From NCBI GenBank assembly GCA_963827685.1, contig CAWHBU010000007.1, forward strand, positions 32,001-96,000: a DNA stretch of 64,000 nucleotides, in the 5' to 3' direction. The translations under genes were made by a program, and so were the position numbers. The notes under the pieces were generated by a model. It was not told the origin of the DNA. It did no database searches and saw only the letters and a list, made by a program, of their open reading frames with translations. The stretch's first letter is position 1; each line of letters begins with the position of its first letter. The DNA is from an uncultured delta proteobacterium (GTDB lineage Bacteria > Desulfobacterota > BSN033 > UBA1163). This document shows positions 29,420 to 38,179 of the stretch, piece after piece.

Positions 29420-30799
29420 CTATCTATCCAGTTTCCCCCATATACCGGGTGTTTCTACTATCTCCCCTATTTTCCGATGAATCGTTCGGACATTGATCCC
29501 CAGCAGTTTAGCTGCCTTTCGTTTATTTCCTTTCGTCGCTCGGAGCGTCTGAATTAGCATCTCCTTTTCAACCTCATCAAGGGGCGTTCCTATTTTGAAA
29601 TGGATCAGCTCGGGTTTCCCTTGAAGATCTCGCATCTCCTGTGGAAGGTGCTGGATATCAACTACCTTTGGACTGCTGATGACCATCATGGATTCGATGG
29701 TGTTCTCCAACTCTCTGACATTTCCTGTCCATTCGTAATCCATCAGAAGATTCATGGTCCTCTGAGAAACTCCCTCCACTTTCATATTATACTTTTGATT
29801 ATATTTTTCAATAAAAAAATTGACAAGAAAGGGAATATCCTCCCGCCGATCCCTCAAGGTGGGAAGTTTGATATTGACCACGTTCAGACGATAATAGAGG
29901 TCTTCTCGAAATATTCCGCGCTTCACGGCCTCCTGGAGATCTCGGTTGCTTGCCGCAATGATTCGGATATTCACTTTGATCGTCTTGTTCCCCCCTACCT
30001 TTTCGAATTCGCCTTCCTGAAGGACCCGTAAAAGTTTGATCTGGGTAGCCGGAGGAATATCCTCCACCTCATCCAAAAAAAGGGTCCCTTGATGGGCCAA
30101 TTCAAATCGACCCTTTCGGGAGGCAATCGCCCCGGTGAAGGCTCCCTTCTCATGGCCGAAAAGCTCGCTTTCGATAATCCCTTCGCTTAAGGAGGCACAG
30201 CTCACCTTGATAAAGGGCATGGGGGCTCGCGGGCTATTGTAATGAATGGCATTGGCAATCAGTTCTTTCCCTGTTCCGCTCTCGCCGATGATGAGAACCG
30301 AACTATCGTAGGGCGCAATATGGCGGATGAGTTCAAAGATTTTTACCATCTTCTCGCTTCTTCCGATGATATTTTTGAAATGAAACTTATCTTCCAATCT
30401 GGAGCGCAAGTCTCGATTTTGGAGGATCAGCGTCTGTTTCTCCAACGCCCTTTCCACCAACAGGGAGATCACTCTCGGGTTGATCGGTTTTTCGATAAAA
30501 TCGAAGGCGCCCAATTTCATTGCCTGAACCGCCTTCTCAATCGTCCCCTGGGCAGAAATGACGATGACCTCAGTCTCCGGCCTCAGACCCTTCACGGCTT
30601 CTAAAAGCTCGATCCCATCCATCTTCGGCATGACCACGTCGGTGATCACCAGATCAACGATCCTATGCCGAAAAAGTTGGAGGCCCTCTTTCCCATTCAG
30701 GGCCAGGAGGATTTCGTGCCCCTTCTTTCTTAACAAAAGGCGAAGGCTCTCCCCAACGGTGGGGTCATCCTCCACAATGAGAATCACTTTCTTTTCCAT
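29420..30799 (-). CDS. sigma54-dependent response regulator (NtrC/AtoC type)
   Basis: Receiver (VEDD, TDVVMP, KP), GESGTGKE, ESELFGHEKGAFTGA, LFLDEV, GNVRELEN, Fis HTH. The longer ORF start translates repeats. Confidence 0.95.
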   Translation of the reverse strand: MEKKVILIVEDDPTVGESLRLLLRKKGHEILLALNGKEGLQLFRHRIVDLVITDVVMPKMDGIELLEAVKGLRPETEVIVISAQGTIEKAVQAMKLGAFDFIEKPINPRVISLLVERALEKQTLILQNRDLRSRLEDKFHFKNIIGRSEKMVKIFELIRHIAPYDSSVLIIGESGTGKELIANAIHYNSPRAPMPFIKVSCASLSEGIIESELFGHEKGAFTGAIASRKGRFELAHQGTLFLDEVEDIPPATQIKLLRVLQEGEFEKVGGNKTIKVNIRIIAASNRDLQEAVKRGIFREDLYYRLNVVNIKLPTLRDRREDIPFLVNFFIEKYNQKYNMKVEGVSQRTMNLLMDYEWTGNVRELENTIESMMVISSPKVVDIQHLPQEMRDLQGKPELIHFKIGTPLDEVEKEMLIQTLRATKGNKRKAAKLLGINVRTIHRKIGEIVETPGIWGKLDR

Positions 30800-30814
30800 A
30801 TCCTCATCATAAAT

Positions 30815-30943
30815 CAGTTCGGAGTTATTAGTTCGGCCTGCCTTCGCCGAAGCGGCTACGCGCAGGCAGGAGTTCGGAGTGTCTTTATTTCTAATTCTCG
30901 GTGACATATCTTCACTCCTAACTCCTAACTCAGAACTCTGAAC
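30815..30943. repeat. Heptamer hairpin (AGTTCGG / ACTCCTA-type) with 34-bp CCTGC...GCAGG insert (30837-30870)
   Basis: agttcggagttattagttcgg[cctgccttcgccgaagcggctacgcgcaggcagg]agttcggagt...actcctaactcctaactcagaactctgaact. Confidence 0.8.
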
Positions 30944-32032
30944 TTATGTTTTTTGGCCAAGGGGAATTCGAATCTTAAAGACGGACCCTTTATTGACCTC
31001 GCTTTTCACAGAGATCTCTCCGTGATGGTCTGAAATAATCTTTTTGGCAATCGAGAGCCCCAACCCGGACCCCATGGGCTTGGTGCTGAACATAAAATCG
31101 AAAATCTTGGGGAGATGCTCTTTAGAGATTCCCACCCCATTATCTTGGATGACGACGAAGATGTTTTTTTTTGATCCTCGAGTGAGGAGATGGATTTCCC
31201 CTTTTTCAGAGACCGCCTGAATACTGTTGATGAGGAGATTCGAAATAGCCAAATTGAATTGGCTGACATCGATCTTCAGCATGGGCAACTTTTTTTGAAA
31301 ATGGGTGTCAATCCTTGCATTCTTCATTTGGGCATCTGGCCTTAAAAGCCGAACCACGGAGTCCAACACTTCGTTCAGTTGGATCCATTCAAATTTCAGG
31401 GGGGGGAGACGATTGAAATCTAAAAATTCTTTCAGATTATTCTCCAGGCGAAGGGTTTCGTAACTGATAAAATTGATCAGGGAATGAATCTCTTCTTTCT
31501 GGGAGATCTGGGCTTCTCCTCTCAACTCCTCTCTTAATAATTCAATATTGATGTTTAAGGAGCTTAAGGGATTTCGAATCTCATGGGCCATCCATCTTGC
31601 CAGCATTCCGATGGTGGAAAGATCCCGACTCTTGCTGATCTCCCTCAAGAGCAGACCTTTCTCCGTGACATCGGCAAACGTTGCCAAACAGCCCAAAAAC
31701 ATCGCCCCTTTCTTATCAAAAATGGGGTAAAAGCTGCAATGAAGGATCCGGGTCTGCTGGCTTGAAGAAGGGGCAGGGGGAACATGGATCGCCAGCTCGA
31801 CATCGTGATTACTCTCTCTCTTCTCGTAAACGAAATCAAAGTGCTTCTTGATATTCTTATAAGGGATGGCCCTCTCCAATCTCTTTCCCAGCACCTTTTT
31901 TCCACTGATCTGAAAATACTTCTCTGCGATGAAATTGAAGATTTGAATTCGCCCTTGCGCGTCGGCAAAGACGACCGCCTCTTTAAAATTTCTCAAGATA
32001 ATCTCGTAGAGATTCTGCTCTGTTCGATTCAT
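30944..32032 (-). CDS. Cytoplasmic PAS sensor histidine kinase
   Basis: PAS-like N-terminus, AHEIRNPL, NLLINSIQA, DNGVGI, FSTKPMGSGLGL. Confidence 0.92.
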   Translation of the reverse strand: MNRTEQNLYEIILRNFKEAVVFADAQGRIQIFNFIAEKYFQISGKKVLGKRLERAIPYKNIKKHFDFVYEKRESNHDVELAIHVPPAPSSSQQTRILHCSFYPIFDKKGAMFLGCLATFADVTEKGLLLREISKSRDLSTIGMLARWMAHEIRNPLSSLNINIELLREELRGEAQISQKEEIHSLINFISYETLRLENNLKEFLDFNRLPPLKFEWIQLNEVLDSVVRLLRPDAQMKNARIDTHFQKKLPMLKIDVSQFNLAISNLLINSIQAVSEKGEIHLLTRGSKKNIFVVIQDNGVGISKEHLPKIFDFMFSTKPMGSGLGLSIAKKIISDHHGEISVKSEVNKGSVFKIRIPLGQKT

Positions 32033-32042
32033 CCTGAATGGA

Positions 32043-33041
32043 TTACTTCATCCAACCATACCGTTTCAGGGCATGATGGAAGATGGTTTTGACCAGCCTG
32101 GCATAATCCCATCCCATGCTCCTTGCCATCATCACAAGATCTCCATAAACAGGGGAGAGGCCTGGAAGGGGATTGATCTCCAAAAAGTAAGGAATCTTGT
32201 CCTCCCCCACTCGGATGTCCACCCGCGACACGTCTCGGCACTCTAAGGCCCGATAGGAGCGGACAGCCACCTCCTGAATTTTTCTCAAAAGATTTTGGTC
32301 AACCAGGGGAGGGCAATGGTATCGGACTTTTTCTTCCCACTCTCTCTTTATTTCCAAAGAGTAAATGGATTCTTCCGGAGGTCTTCCCTTGATCTCAATC
32401 TGCATGACGCCGAGGACAAAAGGATCCTCGTTGCCCAGGACACCCACCGTGAACTCCGGGCCTCTAACAAATTCTTCTACAAGAAGAGGAGAACCATATG
32501 TTTCTAAGAGCCCTCTGCTCTTCTCTTCCAAAGATTGAGGATCCAAAATTTTTGAATCCAGTCGAACTCCCTTGCTTGACCCTTCGTAGCACAGCTTGAC
32601 GAATAGAGGGTAACGAAGGTCTAAACCATTCAGATCCTCCATCCTCTCCACTTTCTTAAATCGGGGGGTCGGGACATTTTGGCTCATCACGACTCTCTTC
32701 GCCATGGCCTTATCCAAGGTGAGGGAGAGGGTGAGAGGATCGGAGCCGGTATAAGGGATATTTAGAAATTCTAAGAGAGCTGGGATGTGGGCTTCTCGGT
32801 TTCGGCCCTGAAGACCTTCTGCGATGTTGAAAACGATATCGACCGATGCCTGCCTTAACCGATCGATCAAACCGGTGTCTCCACCCAGCTTGATGACTTC
32901 ATGCCCTTCGCTTTCCAGGACCTTGCGAATGGCGTCGATCGTCTCTTCGGTATCGAACTCTTCCAAAGAATCAATCGGCTGATTTTCTTGCCGAGAAAAA
33001 TCTTTTTTGAGGTTATAGGTGATGCCGACTTTCAATTTCAT
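32043..33041 (-). CDS. D-Ala-D-Ala-ligase-like ATP-grasp enzyme (KamA-associated type)
   Basis: VGITYNLK, EEFDTEETI, FNIAEG, REAHIPA, PYTGSDP, LDKAMAK, EGSSKG, RDVSRVDIR, LEINPLPGL. Confidence 0.88.
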   Translation of the reverse strand: MKLKVGITYNLKKDFSRQENQPIDSLEEFDTEETIDAIRKVLESEGHEVIKLGGDTGLIDRLRQASVDIVFNIAEGLQGRNREAHIPALLEFLNIPYTGSDPLTLSLTLDKAMAKRVVMSQNVPTPRFKKVERMEDLNGLDLRYPLFVKLCYEGSSKGVRLDSKILDPQSLEEKSRGLLETYGSPLLVEEFVRGPEFTVGVLGNEDPFVLGVMQIEIKGRPPEESIYSLEIKREWEEKVRYHCPPLVDQNLLRKIQEVAVRSYRALECRDVSRVDIRVGEDKIPYFLEINPLPGLSPVYGDLVMMARSMGWDYARLVKTIFHHALKRYGWMK

Positions 33042-33053
33042 CTTCGAGACATT

Positions 33054-33077
33054 CCTGCCTGCGGTTTGCAAGGCAGG
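33054..33077. repeat. CCTGC...GCAGG mini-palindrome
   Basis: cctgcctgcggtttgcaaggcagg. Confidence 0.65.
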
Positions 33078-33154
33078 CACCAGTAATCTTTCTCCTTTTA
33101 TCTCTGTTTTATATCTTTGTCAACCCTGCTCTGTGAAAAATTGACGCTGGAGGA

Positions 33155-33219
33155 TGAAGGTGAGAGGTCGAAGGTTTGATGCTTGCCTTGAACCTTAAGC
33201 CTTAAACCTCAAGCCTTCA
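33155..33219. repeat. Heptamer hairpin (GAAGGT / ACCTT cores)
   Basis: tgaaggtgagaggtcgaaggtttgatgc / gccttgaaccttaagccttaaacctcaagccttca. Confidence 0.65.
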
Positions 33220-33300
33220 TCGACCCGAATGCTTTCGGAAGACATCCTTTTATGTTACATTGTTTTCATGAATCGTCAGGACAAAGGGCTTGGGTTAGGG

Positions 33301-34032
33301 ATGAAGAGAGAAGAGATCTTCCAAGCGCTATCTCATTTACGGAAAGGTCTTCTTCAAATCATTATTGTAATCATTCTGAGCGGGATCGTCATCTTCCCCA
33401 TTTCCAAGGAGCTGTTGGGCTATCTCTGTCAAAAAACCCTTGAAACCGATCTCGTTGCTTATTCTATTCCAGAGGCTTTTTTCTCGCTACTCAAATTGAC
33501 CCTTTACACCAGCCTGTTCTCTTCCATTCCGGTGATCTTTTACTATATCTGGAAAGCCTTCTCCCCTCTCTTTCGCTCGAAGGGACTGAATTCGGCAAAT
33601 GGGATTCTTTTTGCGTCCATCTTCCTTTTCTATCTCGGTGCGTTTTTTTGCTTCTTCGTCGCCTTGCCGAATGGCGTTAAGTTTCTCTTAGGGTATCAAT
33701 CCGCCCATATCAAACCGATGATCTCTGCGGGAAAATACGTCTCCTTTTGCATGATCTTCATTTTTGGATTTGGGTTGACTTTCGAACTTCCGTTAATCCT
33801 CGCTTTATTGAGCTATCTCAGAGTGGTGCGTGCATCGTTTTTGACTCGAAACCGGAAGTATGCTATTTTGGCTATAGCGATTATAGCGGCTGTCGTCACA
33901 CCCACCCCAGATGTTTTTAACATGAGTTTAATGGGTGTCCCGATGTATGTCTTATTCGAGGTCGGAGTGATTGCGGTCAAAGTGATCGAGCGAAAAAGGG
34001 CCAGACCTGAGATGTCTCTCTCCCAAAAATAG
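33301..34032 (+). CDS. tatC: TatC-like protein (orphan paralog)
   Basis: About six TM helices, PEAFF, LFYLGAFF, FGFGLTFELP, RKYA, AAVVTPTPD. Alternative starts at 33229 and 33268. Confidence 0.85.
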   Translation: MKREEIFQALSHLRKGLLQIIIVIILSGIVIFPISKELLGYLCQKTLETDLVAYSIPEAFFSLLKLTLYTSLFSSIPVIFYYIWKAFSPLFRSKGLNSANGILFASIFLFYLGAFFCFFVALPNGVKFLLGYQSAHIKPMISAGKYVSFCMIFIFGFGLTFELPLILALLSYLRVVRASFLTRNRKYAILAIAIIAAVVTPTPDVFNMSLMGVPMYVLFEVGVIAVKVIERKRARPEMSLSQK

Positions 34033-34034
34033 AG

Positions 34035-35738
34035 ATGGAAGCAGACAAACCCACTCCCATCACGCCCCTCTCCATGGCATGGATCCGATCCCTTACCCAT
34101 CAAAGGATCTCCCAAATTGGACTGAAGACCAAGATCACCTTTCTCATCATCTTCATCGTTGTCGGGGTTCTCCTTCTCGCCAGTTATTTAGACTATCACT
34201 TTGCAAGAAAGGATCAGATCGACCTCACCTTAAATCGAAATATTCTCATTGCAAAGCAAATCGATGCCTCGATTCCAGATCGGGCGATTCAAGAGGACCT
34301 CCCTCACATCCGAGACGAAGTGGAAGAGTGGTTATTGAGTCGTCCCTTTTTGATGGAAATTGATGTCTTTCTTTTCTCCGCCAAGGACTGGGAAATCGTC
34401 GTCTCTCATTCAAGGGACATGCATCAGACGTCATTGGTCTTGTCTAAAGATCAAATCAATCGGTTGAAGAAGGACAAAGACCTCTCCTCGCTCCATGACG
34501 TGGGAGGGGAGAAATGGCTGGAGGTTATTGTTCCCCTTCATTTGGGAACAAAAGTGACGGGTGGGATTCGATTGGTCAGCTCTTTGGATGAAGCCCAAAG
34601 CTTTTTAAGCAAGAAGAGAGATCGGGCTATTCTCCTGACTTTCTTCAGCATCCTCGTCATCTTGATCACACTAACCATCCTCTTTGGGAAACTGGTCGGA
34701 GATCCCATTCAGAGATTAGTAGAGGCCATGTCCCGTGCAGAAAAAGGCGATTTGGAGGCGGAAGCTCGCATTCAAAGTGAAGATGAACTGGGAAAATTGG
34801 GAAGAAATTTTAATCGAATGCTCAGGACGATTCGGGAGACCCATGAGCAAAATGCTCAACTCTTGAGACAGGTCAGCCAGTTCAATGAGGAGTTGACCCG
34901 GAGGATCGAGGCCGCTACCTCGGAATTGGCCAAAAGGAACGAAGAGCTGAGGCTTCTCAATGAAGCCCTGTTTGAATCTCAAAGGCAATTAGGTCAATCT
35001 GAAAAACTCGCTGCCGTGGGACAAGTCACCGCCACGATGGCCCATCAAATCGGAACCCCCCTGAATTCGATCTCCGGCTATATTCAGCTCGTTCTGCAGG
35101 ATGGGAATCTTCATCCCAAAGATCGAGACCGACTCAAAATCGTCGAATCGCAACTGGATCGGCTGGCCGACTCGGTTAAGAGCTTCCTCTCTTTTACCCG
35201 GCAGCCTAAACCCCAGTTGAGGTCTCTGGATGTCAACGAAGTGCTGGAAGAGTTGATCCGTTTGAATGAACCCTGGTTTCTTGCGCGAAATGTGAAACTC
35301 TCTGCACACCTCTCCCCGGATCTCCCCCCCATCTTGGGGGATCTGACCCATCTTCAAACCCTCTTTCTTAACCTGATCACGAATGCGTTAGACGCCATGC
35401 CCCAAGGAGGAGCGCTGACGATCAAGACCCAGCCAGTTCCCCCTCCCCTCCACTCAGAGGATGGAAGATGGCTGGAAATCTCGATTGCCGATACCGGAAT
35501 TGGCATTACTGAGGAATCAAAAAAGAGGATCTTCGACCCTTTCTTCACTACAAAAAAAATGGGAGAAGGCACGGGATTGGGCTTGGCGATCTGTGAGAAG
35601 ATTATAAAAGAACACTCTGGAATGATAGAGGTAAAAAGTGAAGTGGGAAAAGGGAGCACGTTTTTCATTTCCATTCCGGTCTTTGAAAGAAACGAAACCG
35701 ATGAACAAAACATCAGCCCATCTCTTGGTCGTGGATGA
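34035..35738 (+). CDS. Membrane HAMP sensor histidine kinase
   Basis: Two TM helices flanking a periplasmic domain, HAMP (EDELGKLGRNFNRM), AHQIGTPL, NLITNALDAM, DTGIGI, FFTTK, GTGLGL. Confidence 0.93.
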   Translation: MEADKPTPITPLSMAWIRSLTHQRISQIGLKTKITFLIIFIVVGVLLLASYLDYHFARKDQIDLTLNRNILIAKQIDASIPDRAIQEDLPHIRDEVEEWLLSRPFLMEIDVFLFSAKDWEIVVSHSRDMHQTSLVLSKDQINRLKKDKDLSSLHDVGGEKWLEVIVPLHLGTKVTGGIRLVSSLDEAQSFLSKKRDRAILLTFFSILVILITLTILFGKLVGDPIQRLVEAMSRAEKGDLEAEARIQSEDELGKLGRNFNRMLRTIRETHEQNAQLLRQVSQFNEELTRRIEAATSELAKRNEELRLLNEALFESQRQLGQSEKLAAVGQVTATMAHQIGTPLNSISGYIQLVLQDGNLHPKDRDRLKIVESQLDRLADSVKSFLSFTRQPKPQLRSLDVNEVLEELIRLNEPWFLARNVKLSAHLSPDLPPILGDLTHLQTLFLNLITNALDAMPQGGALTIKTQPVPPPLHSEDGRWLEISIADTGIGITEESKKRIFDPFFTTKKMGEGTGLGLAICEKIIKEHSGMIEVKSEVGKGSTFFISIPVFERNETDEQNISPSLGRG

Positions 35739-37056
35739 TGATCCAGTCACCATCGATCTATTAAAAGAAGTGCTTTCCAAAGAAGGGTATGAAGTCTCCA
35801 CCGCCTTAAGCGGCGAAGAAGCCATTGCTCGAGGGGAGGGTAACCTTTTTGACATCATCCTCACCGATGTACGGATGGGAGAAAAAGACGGGATGGACGT
35901 ACTTCGGTTCTTCAAGAAGAACGCTCCGGACACCACCGTGATTATGATCACCGCCTTTGGATCCATTGAGACCGCCATCGAGGCCATCCGGGAAGGAGCA
36001 TACGACTACATCAGCAAACCTTTTAAGCTGGATGAGATCAAATTTACTATCCAGAGGGCTTTAGAGCAGAGAAGGCTTATCCAGGAAAACAAATTTTATC
36101 GACAGGAACTTCTTGAAAAGTATCAATTTGAGAATGTCATCGGACGAACTCCTCAAATGTTTCAAGTCTATAAAACCATTGCTAAAGTAGCGGACACAAA
36201 ATCCACAGTACTTCTATGTGGAGAAAGAGGAACAGGAAAAGAACTGATCGCTCGCTCCATTCATTACAATAGTCAAAGAAATAACTGCCCCTTCATTCCT
36301 GTCGACTGCGCTTCATTGGTGGAGACATTAATAGAAAGTGAGTTATTTGGCCATGTCCGAGGAGCTTTCACAGGAGCCTCCACTGCCAAAAGGGGCCTCT
36401 TTGAGGAGGCGGACGGCGGAACGCTCTTCCTCGATGAAGTGGGTAATCTCAGCCTCTCGATGCAATCGAAGCTTTTAAGATTTCTACAGGAACATGAAAT
36501 CAAAAGGGTGGGAGGGACAGAAAGCGTTAAAGTCGATATCCGGGTCATTGCCGCGACCAATCAACCGTTGGAACCGCTCGTGAAAAGTGGAAGATTCAGG
36601 GAGGATCTCTTCGATCGACTCAATGTTGTAACAATCACGCTGCCTCCCTTGAGGGAAAGGAAGGAGGATATTCCTTCATTGGCTAACCATTTCCTACAGA
36701 AATTTTCCGAAGAGAACCACAAGAATATCTCTCATATCTCGCCAGAAGCTCTCGAAATCCTCACCCAATATTCCTGGCCAGGGAATGTCCGTGAGTTGGA
36801 GCATACCATAGAAAGAGCCGTCATTTTTTCGATTCATCCCATTATCCTTCCGGAAGACCTCCCTAAGAAGTCAGCCGAAGAAATCAAGGAGCCAGAGATT
36901 CTGATTTCTGAAGAACCCTTATCATTAAAAGAGTTAGAAAAAAGATATGTGTTAAAGGTGCTCCAAGAGACCGGAGGAAATAAAAAGAAAGCGTCCGAAA
37001 TTTTGGGTATTGATCGAACAACCCTCTATAAAATATTACAGAAAGAGGATGTGTAG
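35701..37056 (+). CDS. sigma54-dependent response regulator (NtrC/ZraR type)
   Basis: VVDDD, TDVRM, GERGTGKE, ESELFGHVRGAFTGA, WPGNVRELEH, Fis HTH. Confidence 0.95.
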   Translation: MNKTSAHLLVVDDDPVTIDLLKEVLSKEGYEVSTALSGEEAIARGEGNLFDIILTDVRMGEKDGMDVLRFFKKNAPDTTVIMITAFGSIETAIEAIREGAYDYISKPFKLDEIKFTIQRALEQRRLIQENKFYRQELLEKYQFENVIGRTPQMFQVYKTIAKVADTKSTVLLCGERGTGKELIARSIHYNSQRNNCPFIPVDCASLVETLIESELFGHVRGAFTGASTAKRGLFEEADGGTLFLDEVGNLSLSMQSKLLRFLQEHEIKRVGGTESVKVDIRVIAATNQPLEPLVKSGRFREDLFDRLNVVTITLPPLRERKEDIPSLANHFLQKFSEENHKNISHISPEALEILTQYSWPGNVRELEHTIERAVIFSIHPIILPEDLPKKSAEEIKEPEILISEEPLSLKELEKRYVLKVLQETGGNKKKASEILGIDRTTLYKILQKEDV

Positions 37057-37196
37057 ATATTTGCAACACTCTCCAGTGGCTGTGTCGAATCTTACAACAT
37101 GCCCCTCCTCACAAAATTTCTATTAGAATGTTTTATCTTGTAAATTCAAATAGTTAAAAATATTGTCTTATAATTTTCTTTGGCACCGATTTTGCT
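37052..37196 (+). promoter_or_regulatory. sigma54 promoter (37181-37196) with tandem upstream activator sites
   Basis: TGGCACCGATTTTGCT matches consensus; TGTAGATATTTGCAACA and TGTCGAATCTTACAACA lie about 100-140 bp upstream. Confidence 0.8.
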
Positions 37197-37236
37197 ATTA
37201 CATAATTTAGACTTAATGAGAAGGGAGGTGAATTGA

Positions 37237-37611
37237 ATGAAAAAGACGATTCTGTTAGTGGTCATGCTTACTTTGGCAGCTTTTGTCTCCGGAGCCATTG
37301 CAGCAGCCCCTCCAAAAGCAGCAACGACTGCTCCTGCAGCAGCCACGACCGCGCCTGTTAAATTGGAAAAGTTCGGCGGAGCGATTAAGAGCGTGGATGC
37401 AGTGGCAAAGAGCCTTGTCGTTGTCAAGGGGAAGGTAGAGAAGACCTTTGTGGTCACCGCTGATACAAAGATTACGAAGGGCAAGGAGGCTCTCAAATTT
37501 GAGGATCTGAAGGCTGGAATGAATGTCGGCGTCGAGTACAAGAAGGAAATGGACAAGATGGTCGCTGTTGCGATCAAAGTGTCCGTCCCAAAGGCTGCAC
37601 CAAAGAAGTAA
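37237..37611 (+). CDS. Secreted small beta-barrel (OB-fold/DUF5666-like) protein ending APKK
   Basis: Signal peptide, Ala/Pro/Thr linker, GAIKSVD...TFVVTADTKI...DLKAGMNVGVEY...AVAIKV; GGGAGGTGA SD. Confidence 0.8.
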   Translation: MKKTILLVVMLTLAAFVSGAIAAAPPKAATTAPAAATTAPVKLEKFGGAIKSVDAVAKSLVVVKGKVEKTFVVTADTKITKGKEALKFEDLKAGMNVGVEYKKEMDKMVAVAIKVSVPKAAPKK

Positions 37612-37639
37612 TATAGGGGTATTGAAAAATCTGTTCCAT

Positions 37640-37672
37640 AAAAAAGGCCCACGTACGAGGTGGGCTTTTTTT
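37640..37672 (+). terminator. Rho-independent terminator
   Basis: aaaaaaggcccacgtacgaggtgggcttttttt. Confidence 0.8.
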
Positions 37673-37716
37673 ATGCGAGAGAAAAGCATTCCTAAGTAAG
37701 CAACTCTCTCACCTTT

Positions 37717-37819
37717 ACCCCGTTAAAAAGCCCCAGCATTGACCCTGAGGATGGTAGAAATAGAAAGCATCAGCTCCTTATTTAGGGCGGGGTCAAAACC
37801 CTGCTCTTTCTAACGGGGT
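37717..37819. mobile_element. About 100-bp MITE-like element
   Basis: Terminal inverted repeats ACCCCGTTAAAAAG / CTTTCTAACGGGGT (13 of 14 match). Confidence 0.65.
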
Positions 37820-38128
37820 TTACTTTGAACTTTTCAAAATGTTGACCGTAAAGGCCACCGGGGTTCCCCGCTGTAATAAATATTCCACCTTCACTCTTTC
37901 TCCGGGATTCGGGTACCGATGGGGAACGTAGACAGTCTTACGCCCAATTCTAAAATTGACAATGGCTCTATCCTTTTGGCTCTCCACATCCAACCATAGC
38001 CCCGCTCGAATCCCTATGACCTTACCCGTCAGAACGGAAAATTTCTCCTGGGCCATCAAGTGATTTGCTTCTAACACGAGCAATGCAATGATGAAAGCGA
38101 AGATTAAAATTCTTTTGAAAACCTTCAT
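37820..38128 (-). CDS. Secreted small OB-fold-like protein
   Basis: Signal peptide, LTGKVIGI...NFRIGRKTVY...PGERVKVEY; AGGAGG SD. Confidence 0.7.
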   Translation of the reverse strand: MKVFKRILIFAFIIALLVLEANHLMAQEKFSVLTGKVIGIRAGLWLDVESQKDRAIVNFRIGRKTVYVPHRYPNPGERVKVEYLLQRGTPVAFTVNILKSSK

Positions 38129-38179
38129 CTCTTGACCTCCTTGGCCAAATAAATCCCTCTCCTGTCTGTAACGCCTTGG

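Noticed and set aside
25770-33041. Housekeeping ddl or van-type resistance ligases; epmB
   Set aside because: Both ligases lack the LHG..GEDG motif of true Ddl/Van enzymes, and there are no mur, van, efp or epmA neighbours.
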